64,000 bases of DNA, from the IMG/VR virus record IMGVR_UViG_3300047157_000068, positions 1 to 64,000 of that record; one strand, 5' to 3'. This DNA is from a virus. Position 1 is the first letter of the stretch. The number at the start of each line of letters is the position of its first letter. The position numbers and the translations under genes were made by a program. Under the pieces are notes generated by a model. It had not been told where the DNA came from, ran no database searches, and worked only from the letters and a program-made list of their open reading frames with translations. Shown piece by piece: positions 40,555-52,850 of this stretch.

Positions 40555-41130
40555 TTATATTAAATATGTTTTACTTGATCCACAGTTCCCTGATGGACAT
40601 GCAATTTTGTTTAATCTACTTTTAGCATAATTATATAACTGCATACCATGTGCAGAAGATTGACAATATTCTACATTTGCTACTGCTGCATCAATTATTG
40701 TTCTTATATAACTCATTTCAGATAGTATTGATTGTTTATCTGAATCTGGTTGACAAGCCTGTACTTCTAAATCACATAATACTTCATAATAAGTGGTTAG
40801 CAATCTAGTTACTCTTAAATGATTATATTCTACATAAACCTTAGAGTTTGGAGATACACTGTATTTAATAACGTATATTCCGTCTGGTATTTTATCTTGT
40901 GAGGTTCCACAATTATTTTTTTGTAAGGCAAGTGTACAAGCAGTAAGACACATGTCAAACTCTTTATCAACTTTTATAAGTACAGGTACAGAAAAACCAG
41001 GAAGTGTAATTAGCAACTCTTCACAGTCAACTGCCAATTCTGAACTGTATTGACTTGTATCTTTAATACATAATAAATCACAGTTAGATACTGTGGGTAT
41101 TTCTAAACTTAATATATGTTTGCTTGCCAT
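40555..41130 (-). CDS. Tail hub-like structural protein
   Basis: IPDGIYVIKYSV motif; crAss-like synteny after the auxiliary capsid gene. Confidence 0.5.
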   Translation of the reverse strand: MASKHILSLEIPTVSNCDLLCIKDTSQYSSELAVDCEELLITLPGFSVPVLIKVDKEFDMCLTACTLALQKNNCGTSQDKIPDGIYVIKYSVSPNSKVYVEYNHLRVTRLLTTYYEVLCDLEVQACQPDSDKQSILSEMSYIRTIIDAAVANVEYCQSSAHGMQLYNYAKSRLNKIACPSGNCGSSKTYLI

Positions 41131-41159
41131 TTTTTAGTACTTTATTACACTATATAGAT

Positions 41160-41169
41160 AATATACAAA
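41160..41169 (-). promoter_or_regulatory. Phage promoter motif TTTGTATATT
   Basis: Exact motif 30 nt upstream of the 41130 start. Confidence 0.55.
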
Positions 41170-41190
41170 AAATTACAGACAATATAAAAT

Positions 41191-41220
41191 AAAAAGAGCA
41201 GGAGATTTCTCCCCTGCTCT
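41191..41220 (-). terminator. Intrinsic terminator
   Basis: AGAGCAGGGGAGAAATCTCCTGCTCT followed by a U-run. Confidence 0.85.
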
Positions 41221-41243
41221 AATATTAAAATAGAGTTCTCTAA

Positions 41244-42476
41244 TTAAGCAGATACTGTAATAGCATCTATATCTTGCTCATAAGGAACAAAGTTTCCAGC
41301 TGAATCAGCCCATACTGACAATGCAGTCATAAGCTTTTCAATTTCACCTTGTGCAGCTTCGTCAGAACACTTCACAAAGATTTTATATACATACTGATCA
41401 TTATCAAACACTCCTGATGGATTGTTGAATCTTGGCACAGAATGTTGAATATAATATGCTTTGTAAGTTGAACTTCTATCTACAGCAGCAAGAAGTTGGC
41501 TAGATTGCTCAATTTCTCTGATTCTTGAACTGTCAGCGTTTCCTTGGTTAAAAGGACTTTGACGGTATCTTTCAGACATAATTAAATCTCTAATTACTTC
41601 TTCACCTTGAGTTTGTTGCATTTGACCTGGAGTTCTTGATGCTACACCACAGTCATTACAAGGATTACCAGTTTCATCTAGTAATGAAGCAATGATTTCT
41701 ACTGGCTCAGCATTGAAATGATCTCTTGTATCAAAAGAACAGTTTCCAAATTCAGTATCAACATAAGCTCCTACAAAGTGAACTGAAACAGATACTTTAT
41801 CAACTCCATTAGGATCAGTAGAAGCAACATATGTTCCATCTAATACCTGAGCAATTGTAAAAGTAGTTGTTGTTGCTACACCACCTGTAGTTACTGTTAC
41901 ATCTACACCACCACCATTTTTCTCAGCTACAAAAGGCTTGATTAATGGATCTGAAAGAACCATATCCGCCATTGTTGCAGCTACTAAAGCTGGGTCAATA
42001 AACTCTTGCCCTTCAACACAGCATACATTAGCTGAATCTCCAATAGCATAAGCATTGTGGTTTAAGAATCTTAGTGCAGGTGAACCCTTTACATCCATTC
42101 TCATAAATTGTGTTTTACCACATGGTGCACAATCAGAAGCTAAAGATAAGCTTGCTGTAGCTTGTACAGCTGACTGACATGTTGCATCCCATAATCTTGT
42201 AATATATCTTGGGTTGATCCCTTTAGATTTTACAGATTCTTTGTACCCTCCGTGACCTGGATTGTTTCCAATAGTATCTTTAGCGTAGAATGAACCTTGA
42301 ACTACGTAGCCAAGTGCTCCCTTTGCAGGTGCTCCTGGTAATGCTACTGATGCCCAAGTTGCATCACTTACTAAAGCTACTTGACCAGCAGTAAGAGCAC
42401 TTGTTGCAGTACCCGCTGTATCTAGCGTGCTATCTGCAATAAACGTCTTGTTAAACGCATGATTAAAATAAGCCAT
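41244..42476 (-). CDS. Abundant structural protein, probably auxiliary capsid (crAss gene 73-like)
   Basis: Own promoter and terminator; C-ending codon bias like the MCP; synteny. Confidence 0.55.
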   Translation of the reverse strand: MAYFNHAFNKTFIADSTLDTAGTATSALTAGQVALVSDATWASVALPGAPAKGALGYVVQGSFYAKDTIGNNPGHGGYKESVKSKGINPRYITRLWDATCQSAVQATASLSLASDCAPCGKTQFMRMDVKGSPALRFLNHNAYAIGDSANVCCVEGQEFIDPALVAATMADMVLSDPLIKPFVAEKNGGGVDVTVTTGGVATTTTFTIAQVLDGTYVASTDPNGVDKVSVSVHFVGAYVDTEFGNCSFDTRDHFNAEPVEIIASLLDETGNPCNDCGVASRTPGQMQQTQGEEVIRDLIMSERYRQSPFNQGNADSSRIREIEQSSQLLAAVDRSSTYKAYYIQHSVPRFNNPSGVFDNDQYVYKIFVKCSDEAAQGEIEKLMTALSVWADSAGNFVPYEQDIDAITVSA

Positions 42477-42571
42477 AATTATTAATTTTGTGTGAGGACC
42501 ATTACCCTCACTGGTTATAAATAAATGATTTTAACAGTTTACTCTGTCCGTAACTTCCTTGTTACTATAAT

Positions 42572-42581
42572 AATATACACA
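42572..42581 (-). promoter_or_regulatory. Phage promoter motif TGTGTATATT
   Basis: GTATATT core upstream of the 42476 leader. Confidence 0.5.
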
Positions 42582-42602
42582 TTTTTTGTTTAAAATCATA
42601 TA

Positions 42603-43308
42603 TTAATTATTTCTTTCTGCAGTTTGTGTACCACGTTGTGCTTGATACAGATTCTCTATGTCACCTGCAATAATAGAAGCAGTGTCATCTAACATTACTT
42701 CAACCAAGTCATCTTTAAATTCACAATCTACATTTACTAAACTTGTATTTCCTGTATATGGATCAACACATCCTTCAACTTGAATTAAGGTTGGTTTTTG
42801 ATAATAAGTTAAAACAGGATTAACAATATTAAAGTTAGCATTTCTATATATTCTTATTGTATTACCAAGCATTGTACAAAATGTTTCACCCCATTCAAAA
42901 TCAGGATTCTTTAAAGGATCTCTTAATAATAATGATACATTTGCTTCTTCAGCTAAATATACTGTCATTGATCTTGGAGTACAACAATCATCTTTTGCTT
43001 GTGTAGTAACACGTTTAAATTCTAAATATGTATCAACTGGAAAATTGTCTGTTTCAAAATAATTTTCTGTCTCAGTGCCAGTAAGAGATAATTCTCTAAG
43101 TAATGGTTGTAAATCATCTATTCTTTTTTTAGATAATTCATCTCCTTCCTTATACATATTACCTCCGTGTAAATTTCTTCTACACCACTCTATCTGTGCT
43201 TTATTAAAAGCCTCAACAAATTGCCAACATTCAATATTATCATAATCTTGACTATCAAGTTTATTTAGCCTTTGTTTAAGCTTTAAGTAAGAGTGTACTA
43301 TTTTCCAT
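42603..43308 (-). CDS. Ring/head-tail adaptor protein (crAss gene 74-like); one apparent extra base near 43282
   Basis: MENSTLLLK/LKQRLNKLDSQDYDNIECWQFVEAFNKAQ joins ORF 42603-43157 after removing one A. Confidence 0.65.
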
Positions 43309-43320
43309 TATTAATTATAT

Positions 43321-44342
43321 TTATGAATTCCAATATGGTTCAACTTTATCCATCAAAGAAAGAAGCTGTTCTTCATTATCAGGTTTTTGTAAAAACTCTA
43401 ATACTTCAGAAGGTCTTTTACCCATTCTTACACCACTGTCAATTGGTTCAATCCAACCACCAGCTTTTGTTGTAATAAATCTATAATAAAGACCATCTTT
43501 AATTAATGCTCTAATTTTTAATTCTTCCATTCCTAATTTTGAAACTTCTAAGAATTGAGAGGCTGCTCTTTTTTTGTTTGATTCAGCACCATGACCGTTA
43601 ATATATGTATCCATATTTTCATACATAATATCATTAGGGGTATTCTTTGTATACTGTACACTATCTACATCAGCTACTTTAGCTACATACATTAATTTTG
43701 TAGGGTTGCTATCATATAACTCTTGTAATGCTGACAATGCTTTATTTTTTAATCTTAGTTAATTCAGTTCTTGTTGTAAGTGTTTCCTCAACAGTATCTA
43801 AATAAAACTTAGGATTATTTTGTGCTTTTTTAGCTTCTTTTAATGAACCTGCAACTATAGAAAATCCTCCTGCTTTTATAGCATATAGTTTTATTCTATC
43901 ATATGGATCTACATCAGCATCTAAAAATACTGGATCATTACCACATCTTAATTGTATCTTATCCCAAAATTTAGAATTATCAGGTTTCATTACAGTTAGT
44001 TTATTCCAAAATTCTTTATCATCTGGATCAACTAAATTAGCTGCTAATTCTGCTTCTAGTTCAGAAACAACTTTTCTGATTTCAGCAATTTTCTTTTTCT
44101 TTTCTTTAGGAGGTAAGCATTTTTACTTCAGGTGCAAACTCATTTAATCCAGTAATATATCTTTTAACACCATTCATTTCTAAACATGCTAAAGACTCTT
44201 GATGAAATACTCCATCATGTAATGATAATCCATATTGTTCTAACCCCATATTTTCTTTATTTGGATTAAAATAAGGTCTTATAGCAATAGTGCTACTTTT
44301 TTTTGCTTGTTGATACTTTTCAACAATTGTGTAATCTTCCAT
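43321..44342 (-). CDS. Conserved protein downstream of MCP (crAss gene 75-like); split by indels into three ORFs
   Basis: ORFs 44106-44342, 43742-43990 and 43321-43737 join through A-run frameshifts. Confidence 0.65.
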
Positions 44343-44467
44343 TTTTTGGTTTTTTTTAAAAATTAATAATTATTACTCTAGTCAAATAATGCACCGTAGT
44401 GTACAATCTATTATTACTAATATTTCTAAAGCAAGGTTTTACCCTTGCTAAAGTTTTTGACTATGTA

Positions 44468-44668
44468 TTAAACTACTATCTTCAAATCTCCTGCATTGAA
44501 TGATATATATCACCTTTAGCTAAACCAGCTGCTTTTGCTGCAGCATTATCAGCATAGATCTCTGACTAACATATCAATCCAAATGCTTTTGAAGCAACAG
44601 TATTTTATCTACACTTGAGTTTGAAAACTCATATGTTCTTGTTTGCTAATTTTAATGTCTAGTGCCAT
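44468..44668 (-). CDS. Small virion protein with YADNAAAKAAGLAKGDIY motif (frameshifted)
   Basis: ATG GCA CTA GAC at 44668; the recognisable motif reads across several indels. Confidence 0.5.
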
Positions 44669-44692
44669 GATTATCTATTTATAGTTAAAAAT

Positions 44693-44725
44693 AAAAAGGG
44701 AGGAGGCATAAACCACCTCCCCTTT
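44693..44725 (-). terminator. Intrinsic terminator after MCP
   Basis: AAAGGGGAGGTGG-TTTA-TGCCTCCTCCCTTTTT. Confidence 0.85.
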
Positions 44726-44736
44726 AATTATAGTTC

Positions 44737-46356
44737 TTAGAATGATCCTCCTGTAACAGGGTTTCTCATTACAATTTTTAGAACTTTGGTTGGATCTTTA
44801 ACCCATATAGCTGGCATGGTCTGAGTCATATAAACTCTGTATCCATTAAACTGACCAGTAGAAGCAAACCCTTGAGTTCTTCCCATGTAGTCCATAGTAC
44901 CATTTTGGTAGAACCACTTAAGTTGATTATCCCAAGAAAGTTTCAACAAGTGAATGTTGTCATTTCCTTCATCAGTTACATCAAAGATAATAAAGCTAAA
45001 TGAACTTAGAGGTCTACCATCAATTAATGGATTCTCAATGTCATTAGTATTTAAGTTATCAAATGCTGGATTCAATACAAACTTAACGTTAGCTAAGAAA
45101 GGAATAGTAAAGCTTGTGTAAGCAAAACCATAATCTAAATCCATACCAGAACCTTTAACAGCTCCTATATCAGATGCATTTTGAACTAAACCAGAACCAT
45201 ACACTTCATCAGCAATTGCTTTGTTGATTAGTTGCATACCACCAATACCTGTTTGTACAACAAGTGATCTTTGTGGGTCTGGCCCTTTAAATTCAACTTT
45301 ACCTTGATAGAAGTTGTAAAGCTCAGACTTAAACATGTCAAGAGTAAATGAAGACTTGTTATATACTCTTTTGAAAGAGTTATCTAACTGTGCCCATAAA
45401 CCTACAGATAATCTAATATCATCTGGTCCGTCTTGTTTAATTCTACCACCTTTACCCCACATTAGGTAAGTTTCAATATCCGTTGCAATTTTAGATAAGT
45501 GAGCTGCTTCCATATTTGTAATGAAAGTTCTTGTAAGAGTTCCATTTTCAAATGCTTCTCTTGCACCTGCTTTACCCATGTTGCTACTAAGTCCTTCAAT
45601 ACTAGGTACTGATGGATTGTTTGGATCTGTGTCAAAGTTTCTCCAGATTTCAGTTACAGGTACAGTACCATCAGCGTTTAATCCACCTTTGATCATTAAA
45701 TCTGCTCTTGAAGAAATTGAATAGTGTACGTGTGCTTCTGCTCCTCCTACAAAGTTGTAGAATTCACGGAAACCAGAACCTGTTTCAATGTCAGAGAATC
45801 TTTCTCCGTACTCACCTCTTGCAGAACCTTTTCTGAAGAATTTAGTACCTTTAGCTAAATACTTGTTATCCAAGATAGCCGCATTGTTGTTGTTAACTAA
45901 TTGAACAGTGTAAACAAAACCGTCACCTGCTGGGATAATATCATCTGCTGTGATGTAAAGTTCAAGTCCATTATACTTATCATAAGTAATAATGTCACCA
46001 TGTCCAAAAGTTCTTTTGTTAATTTTGATCTTAAACGTTGTACCATCTACACCTTTACTTGCATTAGCTGGTTCAATATCCGCTACTATGTAAGGAAGAT
46101 CTTGTGCAATAGGAGTTTGCCACTTGTACTCACCTCTAGCGTTATCCACCATGATTGTATTCTTTCCACCAAAAGAAGCCATTTGATATAAAGGCATTTC
46201 TACCTTTTGGGTCATAGCCCATAAATCAATTGGTCCCATATCCATAGGCTCAGGATTACCAAGCATTTGGGTAAGGTGATAAGAATCAACATGTGAACTT
46301 GCTTTGTAGCTTGTATCACGTAGGAAAATCCCATTATTTAAAACTGGAGTTGCCAT
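44737..46356 (-). CDS. Major capsid protein (crAss-like, 539 aa)
   Basis: Position after portal and scaffold, strong codon bias, terminator downstream; YLMWGKGG...GLWAQL and IWVKDPT motifs. Confidence 0.85.
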   Translation of the reverse strand: MATPVLNNGIFLRDTSYKASSHVDSYHLTQMLGNPEPMDMGPIDLWAMTQKVEMPLYQMASFGGKNTIMVDNARGEYKWQTPIAQDLPYIVADIEPANASKGVDGTTFKIKINKRTFGHGDIITYDKYNGLELYITADDIIPAGDGFVYTVQLVNNNNAAILDNKYLAKGTKFFRKGSARGEYGERFSDIETGSGFREFYNFVGGAEAHVHYSISSRADLMIKGGLNADGTVPVTEIWRNFDTDPNNPSVPSIEGLSSNMGKAGAREAFENGTLTRTFITNMEAAHLSKIATDIETYLMWGKGGRIKQDGPDDIRLSVGLWAQLDNSFKRVYNKSSFTLDMFKSELYNFYQGKVEFKGPDPQRSLVVQTGIGGMQLINKAIADEVYGSGLVQNASDIGAVKGSGMDLDYGFAYTSFTIPFLANVKFVLNPAFDNLNTNDIENPLIDGRPLSSFSFIIFDVTDEGNDNIHLLKLSWDNQLKWFYQNGTMDYMGRTQGFASTGQFNGYRVYMTQTMPAIWVKDPTKVLKIVMRNPVTGGSF

Positions 46357-46419
46357 AATTTTTGATTGTTTTTTTGTTAATAATTAATTTTACTCTGTTT
46401 ATATTTAATTTACTTCTAA

Positions 46420-47760
46420 TTAAATTCGTTTAAATATGTTGGTTAGGTCTTTGAATCTTTCTTTTTGAGCTTTTCTTTGAACTTTCTTTTCTGCTTGATT
46501 AACACCTAATGATGCTCCACCTGCATTTGACTGTTCACTCTTAAGTTTTCTAACCGTTTTTCTCAACACTCTTTTGTGCACCCTTATCCATTATTTTTGC
46601 TTTATATCCTGACTGGATCTTGTAATAACCACAAGCTTCAGAAATTAATGCATAATTAGGTTCCACAAATTGATATTTTTCTAGTAGGTGTCCTAATAAA
46701 TTAGTATTACGTTCCACTTACTGATGGATAATTAGGTTGAACTAAACCATTATATAACATGGCTTGAGTTTTTCTATCTACTTTAATATCTCCTAATTTA
46801 CCTTCTTTTAATGTTTCATATACATTTTTCATGTACGCTTGAGATGCATTTTCTTGTTGTTTCTTTTTAAGCTCTTGCTCTTCTAATTTTTGTGCAACAA
46901 CTTTTTCTTGCATCTTATCTAACTTTGGTTTGAACTTACTTGCTTGTGTTTCAAGCTTACCTAAGTCTTTCCAAATTTCTATTTCTTCTTGAATATCTTC
47001 AGCAGTACCATAACCTGTTGCACTTAAATATTCTGTTATAATTTTTTCTTGATCCAGTGACTTTTTTAATATCAACTGGTTTATAGTTTCCTCTACTTGT
47101 GATAGTTGTGAAAATAAGCCTTTAAATCTTTACCACCATCTGCAACATATCTTGCTGCTATTTGTAATTCTTGTGGTAAGCTATGAAAAAATTGCTTAGG
47201 TGTTTCACGTCTTACTTGATTAGCTTTTTCTTCTAAATTAGCTTCAATAAGCTCCTCCCAATCTTTTGCAGTATACTCATCTAAAGTTCTTTATCATCAT
47301 CAAAAGGAACTATTTTATCATCTTTAATTAGTTTTGACCAAATACATCAGATATACCGTTAATAGATCTTTCTGCCTCTTTTTTCTTTTTTGTTTCTACT
47401 ACTTCTTCAGTTTCTTCTTGTCTAAGTTCACCAAAGATTTCTTCAACACTTTCTTTTAGAAGTTTCTTTATTTTCTTAACTACCTCTTCAGTTTCAGTAG
47501 TTTCTTTTACCTCTTCTGTAGCATTTTCTTCTTTTTCTTCTGATTTTGCTAAATCATCTGTTGCATCATCTTTATCAGGATCAGCAAAAGACATATCAGC
47601 TTTTTCAGTTAAGCCCTGAGAAGATATTTTTAGGTTGAGATTTAGTATCTTGAATCATATCAGCACCACTTGGAGCAGCGTTGAATATCTCATCTAAATT
47701 AACTTCTACATTTTGTGCTACGTTACTTTTCACAGGTTGTGTTTCTGTTGTTGTACTCAT
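46420..47760 (-). CDS. Acidic scaffolding protein (crAss gene 77-like), multiply frameshifted
   Basis: ATG at 47760; very E/K-rich; ORF fragments 47328-47594 and 46707-47075; ends NIFKRI*. Confidence 0.65.
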
Positions 47761-47877
47761 AATATTTGTTGGTTTTAATATTAATAACTTCTTACATATA
47801 TAATATAAGAAATGTTTCTTATATAATTGTCAAGTTAAACTTAAAATATTTTTAAAAAAGTGAAAGTTTTTTGCAGT

Positions 47878-47890
47878 ATATAGCTAACGC
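47878..47890 (-). promoter_or_regulatory. Conserved GCGTTAGCTATAT site
   Basis: The same 12-13-mer occurs at 59976-59987 and 63275-63287, all intergenic. Confidence 0.5.
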
Positions 47891-50647
47891 TACTTTTTAT
47901 CTTTCTTTTTTTGACATCATACTTATTTTTGTTCTCTCTTGCTATTTGTAGTTTAGTATCAGCTATTTGTTTTGAAGCAGCAATTTTTTCTCTTTCAACA
48001 GCTAATCTATTATTTTCCATGAGCATGATTTAGACAGCACTTTCTTCACGTTTAAATTCATTTGTTCTCTATACTGTGTAGTTTCTCTAATATCTTTCAT
48101 AGCATCTTGATAATCAGATTGTTGATTTTGATTTAATATCAACCATTGATCCATATCCTGCTGATCTTATTTCAGCTAATAGTAACATCATTCTGTCTGT
48201 CTTTATCATTTTCAGACATTTCAACTTGAAGTTTTTGTTGTTCTTCTTGTTGCTTTAGCTTTTAAGTTGTTGCTCTTGCATTTGACGTTGCTGTTGCATT
48301 TCTTCTTGTCTTTGCTTCTGAATTCTAGTTTCAGAATCTTTAAGTATATCTGATACTTCTGCAATTGAGTCTGCTTTAACAATATTACCTAAGTTCATAT
48401 ATACTTGCTCCTGTAGTATTATTAGTTAAGAGCCATTTGCTTTAAGTTTTCTAATATAGCTCTATGATTAGTTTTAGTTGTTGCAAATACGTTAAAGTCT
48501 CTAAGTAATAAATCTGTACCATTTATTTGGAAATTAACTTTCTCTGCTTCTGTAGATATATATTGTAGTCTAATACTTGGATTAGTACTATAATAATATT
48601 GTGCTAAGTCAGTTCTCATTTGATGTATACGTGGCATCAAATGATCAGAGTGTTGTACAAAATACATCTCTGTTTGTGCATATGATTGTTGCATAGCTTG
48701 TACAACCCCTGTAGCGGTTTGAGCTGATACAGCTCCTCCTAGACGTTGTGGGTTAATACCTATTGCATCAAAACATTGTTGTTTAAAATAATTTGCAAGT
48801 TGAATTCTAGACATCAATCTATTAGTCTGCTCCATGTTTAGAGTTTGATAATGATTAAAGTTAGTTGCATTCTCAGTATTTGTAATAGATGTATCAAGAG
48901 GTAGCATTTGAAAATCTTTCATTGCTACGTATGCTTTTGCATAATTGTTCTTACCCCAGTCTTCTCCCATTGAGTGACGTGGCAAAGCATTTTGATCAAA
49001 CATTATTACTGTTCCTAATTCATCTATTAGAATGTCAGCAATCTGGTTATTAACCATATTGTATCCAACTTGATATGCTTTCATTAAATCAACTAATGAT
49101 GTAGATCTAGTATTTCTATCTGAAAATACTCTACCTTCTACAGGTAATTTACACCCATATAAGTGATGTATCTCCTTTAAATTGAAATGGTAATCTACCA
49201 GGTTTAGTTCTATTAATTCCTAAATAAATAGGATTAACATTATCACCCATTGTAGATTGCCACATAGCTGGTAAGTTTGGTCCAATTTTTACACCACCCC
49301 ATACTTCATTTATCCAAATCCAATCAATATGTTCACCTTCTAATAAATTATCTTTTGTCTTTTGTTTAAATATAGAAGTATCATATATGGCCTTTTTAGT
49401 AATCTTAAAAGTCTCATCTATGATCTCTTGTGTTACTTCACCATCATCTTCTATTTTAGTTAAATGACCTACTCTACGTTGTGTTTTCCAATATATTGTT
49501 GCAACTCTCATTAAGTTACCTTCACCCCACATAGATACATCTTCATTCTCATCTAGTATTTCACTAAGTATATCTCCACCTCTTGCAGGGATCATTCCAA
49601 TAATTACTAGTGTATTGTCTATAAGCTAACCTGGCGCATTAGTATTCCATTCATGTGATCTTGTTGCATCATAATATGCACCATCATTTTGATAGCCATT
49701 AACTTGATATTGTGCAGATTTAGCTGGATATATCTTTTGTAAAGATTTTAATTGTTTTTCATCCATTAAATAACCATATCTATCAACTACATCTGATACA
49801 GTCATTAAATCTACTTTACCAGCATAATTTGAATCTGCAATATATCTTTGATCTGGAGATTTTTGATAGAAAGTTAATACAGGATTCCATAGCTCTACAT
49901 CATAGTCATCTTCTAACATTCTAAAATGCCAGAATTCTCTATCTGCAATAAGCATATCACGGAAACCTCTTTCTTCAAGTTCTTGCATTTTGAATCTTTC
50001 TTCATCTACTGCAAGTTGATGTGATGCCCACTCTTCTACCATACTTCTGTAAGACTTACTAAAAAAGTCTTCTATTTCTGGTAATGTTTTTAAACCTTCT
50101 GGAGATAGTTGCTTTTGTGCTTCTTCTGAACAGGGTCCATACCCATCTCAACCATCTTACCAACTAAGTTTGCTTCTGCTTCTGCTAATAAAGCTTCTTC
50201 TATTTGAACCTTTTTTGCGTCAAGCATTTCATTATAAGATGCATCATCAACAGCTCTAAACTGTACTTTAGAATATCTTTTAGCAAACTCCCCTGTAAGA
50301 ACATTTATTACATTAGGTACAATAGGATAAAATTTTAATTCTAATGCTGAGTCATTCTCAGCAGTTAAAGTATCCATAAGATCTTTATATTCATTATCTG
50401 GCTCAACAATATAATCTGTTTTATCAATTATACCTTTAGCTAACTTATAATTTTTAAGAAGTCTTCTAGAATTTTGACGTAGAAATTCAATACCTTGAAG
50501 TTCTAACCAATCTAAATTCCATGCTGCCCAATCATCATCTTTTTGCTTATAAGGTAAAAACTGAACCGGTTGTGTTAAGCTAGAAAATGTAGGCCCGCTT
50601 TCAGCTTTTGCCCCATTCTTCATTTGCATTGCATTTAATACTCTCAT
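47890..50647 (-). CDS. Portal protein (split by several indels)
   Basis: Fragments 50090-50647, 49626-50042, 49149-49595, 48422-49084, 47841-48026; KFYPIVPNVINVLTGE, WIWINEVWGGVKIG and GINPQRLG motifs; follows the terminase. Confidence 0.85.
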
Positions 50648-50658
50648 ACCTGTTTAGT

Positions 50659-52850
50659 CTATTTTATATTCTTGAATCCGGATCTTCTTATTTTAGAACC
50701 ACCAAATGTCTTGTTACGCCCAATATTTCTAAAAGGACCATTATACTTTAATTTACTCATTTTTTCTGAATTATCCAAAGAATTACCTTCAGATTCACGT
50801 CTCTTAGTATAACCTCTATTTGACTGTTGAATTTTAACAAATGCAATTAATGCACCAAATGTTACAAGTCTATCTACGTTTAATCCAGGATAATATGCAA
50901 GCATTTCTTTTAATAAGCATTGGATCAGGTATTCTTTCTATACCTAATGTTTGATTCATGACATTACCATTTTCATCTAATTCTTCATCTATTACTTCTC
51001 TTAAAAATTCAATAGCATATGATATTAAATGACTTTTAAATAATGTACCTGTATTTTTCCAACCATATTCTTGATATACAGTTCTATTAGATCCTAAGTC
51101 TTTTAAGAAAAGTATTTGCTGCTTAGGTACAAGATATCTTTGTTTTTTTCTAGCAATCATGTGTTGAATAAATAATGATATATTATTTTCAACAATAGTC
51201 CATGCATTATACCACTCAATGATCATTTCTAATCTTTCGTGTGTTTTATTTATATCATCAAAACGCCCACACCATGCAGCAACAATTTTATCTTTTTCAA
51301 TAAATTGTTCTACTTCACCTGACGCAGTTGTTCTTATAACTTCTACTAGCATTTTTGTATATGTATATACTACATAATGAATCAGATGTTGTTGTTTTTC
51401 CTTCTGACACAGGGTCAATTGATCCATAATACTGGCCAAACTCAGGACTTTTTACTGGTCTTTCCCAAACAACTATTGATCCTGTTTTATCAATTTCTTT
51501 TTTATTTACAGGAAAAGAACTTATAGGTAGCTTTCTAGTACGCTTTGCTACTATACCTGTTTTATCTCTATCTAATTCAATTAACTCATAGGGGTATTCT
51601 TTCTCTTCTATACTTTTTAATTGCTTACTTAAGATACCTTGTGGAAAGATAGACTCTTTTCTATATGCAAATGCTTCAGCTATATTAAGTGGTTTTTGAG
51701 ATATTCTTAATTGATACTGTTCTCCACTTAATTCATTCTTCCATCTGCTTCTTTCAATTATTATAGCCTCTATTGCTTCTTGAACTTGTGAGTTACCGTA
51801 ATCATCAATATAAGGCGGCATAGACCATTGTTCTGGGATAAATAATCCTGCCATACCAATTGCTCCCTCAGCATCCATTAGATTTGTTTCTACAGCATAT
51901 ATATCATTAGCACTTGGATTAAGTATCATTTCTTTTAATGGACCACATTGTTCTAAATCACCCACTGATCCAGCAGCTATAAACATACCTGTAGTCATCA
52001 TACCGGATGACATTGCAGGACGCAAATACTCATATGTCTGCATCATGTTTTTAGCAATTCCTGCCTCCTCATGAAAGAAATATGTACATGGACCCCCTAC
52101 CCCTGTAGTAGCATTCTTTTCAAATGAAGCACCTTGTATCTTTGATTTGAGACCTCTTGATGTTTTTCTATTGTTTACTTTGACCTCAATTTGCTGTTGC
52201 CATAGTAAAACCTTTTCAGGATTACTTGGTCTATACCATGCGGTATGTTCATTAAGAAATGTTTTATATTCTTCTAAAAACTTCCATGAACCTTTATCAT
52301 TAATATAATCTTTTAATGATGCTCCTACTTTACAAATTGAACCTTCTTCAAACCAATATTGATTTATAATCTTACCCATATGAAAATATGAGGATGCTAT
52401 CTGACGTTTTTTAAGTATTGCAGAATGCTGATTATTTAACTCAGCTAATAGCTCATATAAAGCCATGTGATACTGTGCATCTCTTACCTTAGCAAAACCA
52501 TAATGCTTTTCTTCTTTATCAAATATTGGTAAGAAGTTTAACCACATGTAATAATCTCTAGTTAAATACCATTCATTATCACCATCTTTATATATAACTC
52601 CTACTCTACATTTATTTTTTTGATCTTCCCAATAAGCAGTAAAATCTTTTGATCTAAATGGCTTATTACAATAAAACCCTTGCTCATTAAATACCCTTGC
52701 CTCTTTATTAAATTCAAAAGCTATTTTAGTAAAATTATATTTACCAGGTTCTTTAAAAATACTATATAGATATTCTGCAAAGTCTTCATCACTTTTAAAT
52801 GATGTTACATCCCACTTTCCATTTTCATATGTAGGTATGATTCTACTCAT
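50659..52850 (-). CDS. terL: Terminase large subunit (two apparent +1 indels, ~51349 and ~50910)
   Basis: Walker A LKKRQIASSY, Walker B FFHEEAG, nuclease GSIDPV...IVENN...NVDR. Confidence 0.9.

Noticed and set aside
170-45724. Numerous short plus-strand ORFs in the ORF track across the late block, and alternate-frame ORFs 30640-31071 and 31375-31725
   Set aside because: Antisense or alternate-frame shadows of long minus-strand genes and collagen repeats; no independent coding signal.
49590-49630. In-frame TAG between portal fragments, suggesting amber stop-codon reassignment as in some crAss-like phages
   Set aside because: Better explained by two compensating indels. Other breaks change frame, long late genes are intact under code 11, TAG terminates real genes (e.g. 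30111, 53201, 57451), and no suppressor tRNA is seen.
50659-52850. Introns, inteins or programmed frameshifts splitting the terminase and portal
   Set aside because: The fragments abut with no intervening sequence, and there are no homing endonuclease or intein motifs; single-base corrections restore continuous proteins.
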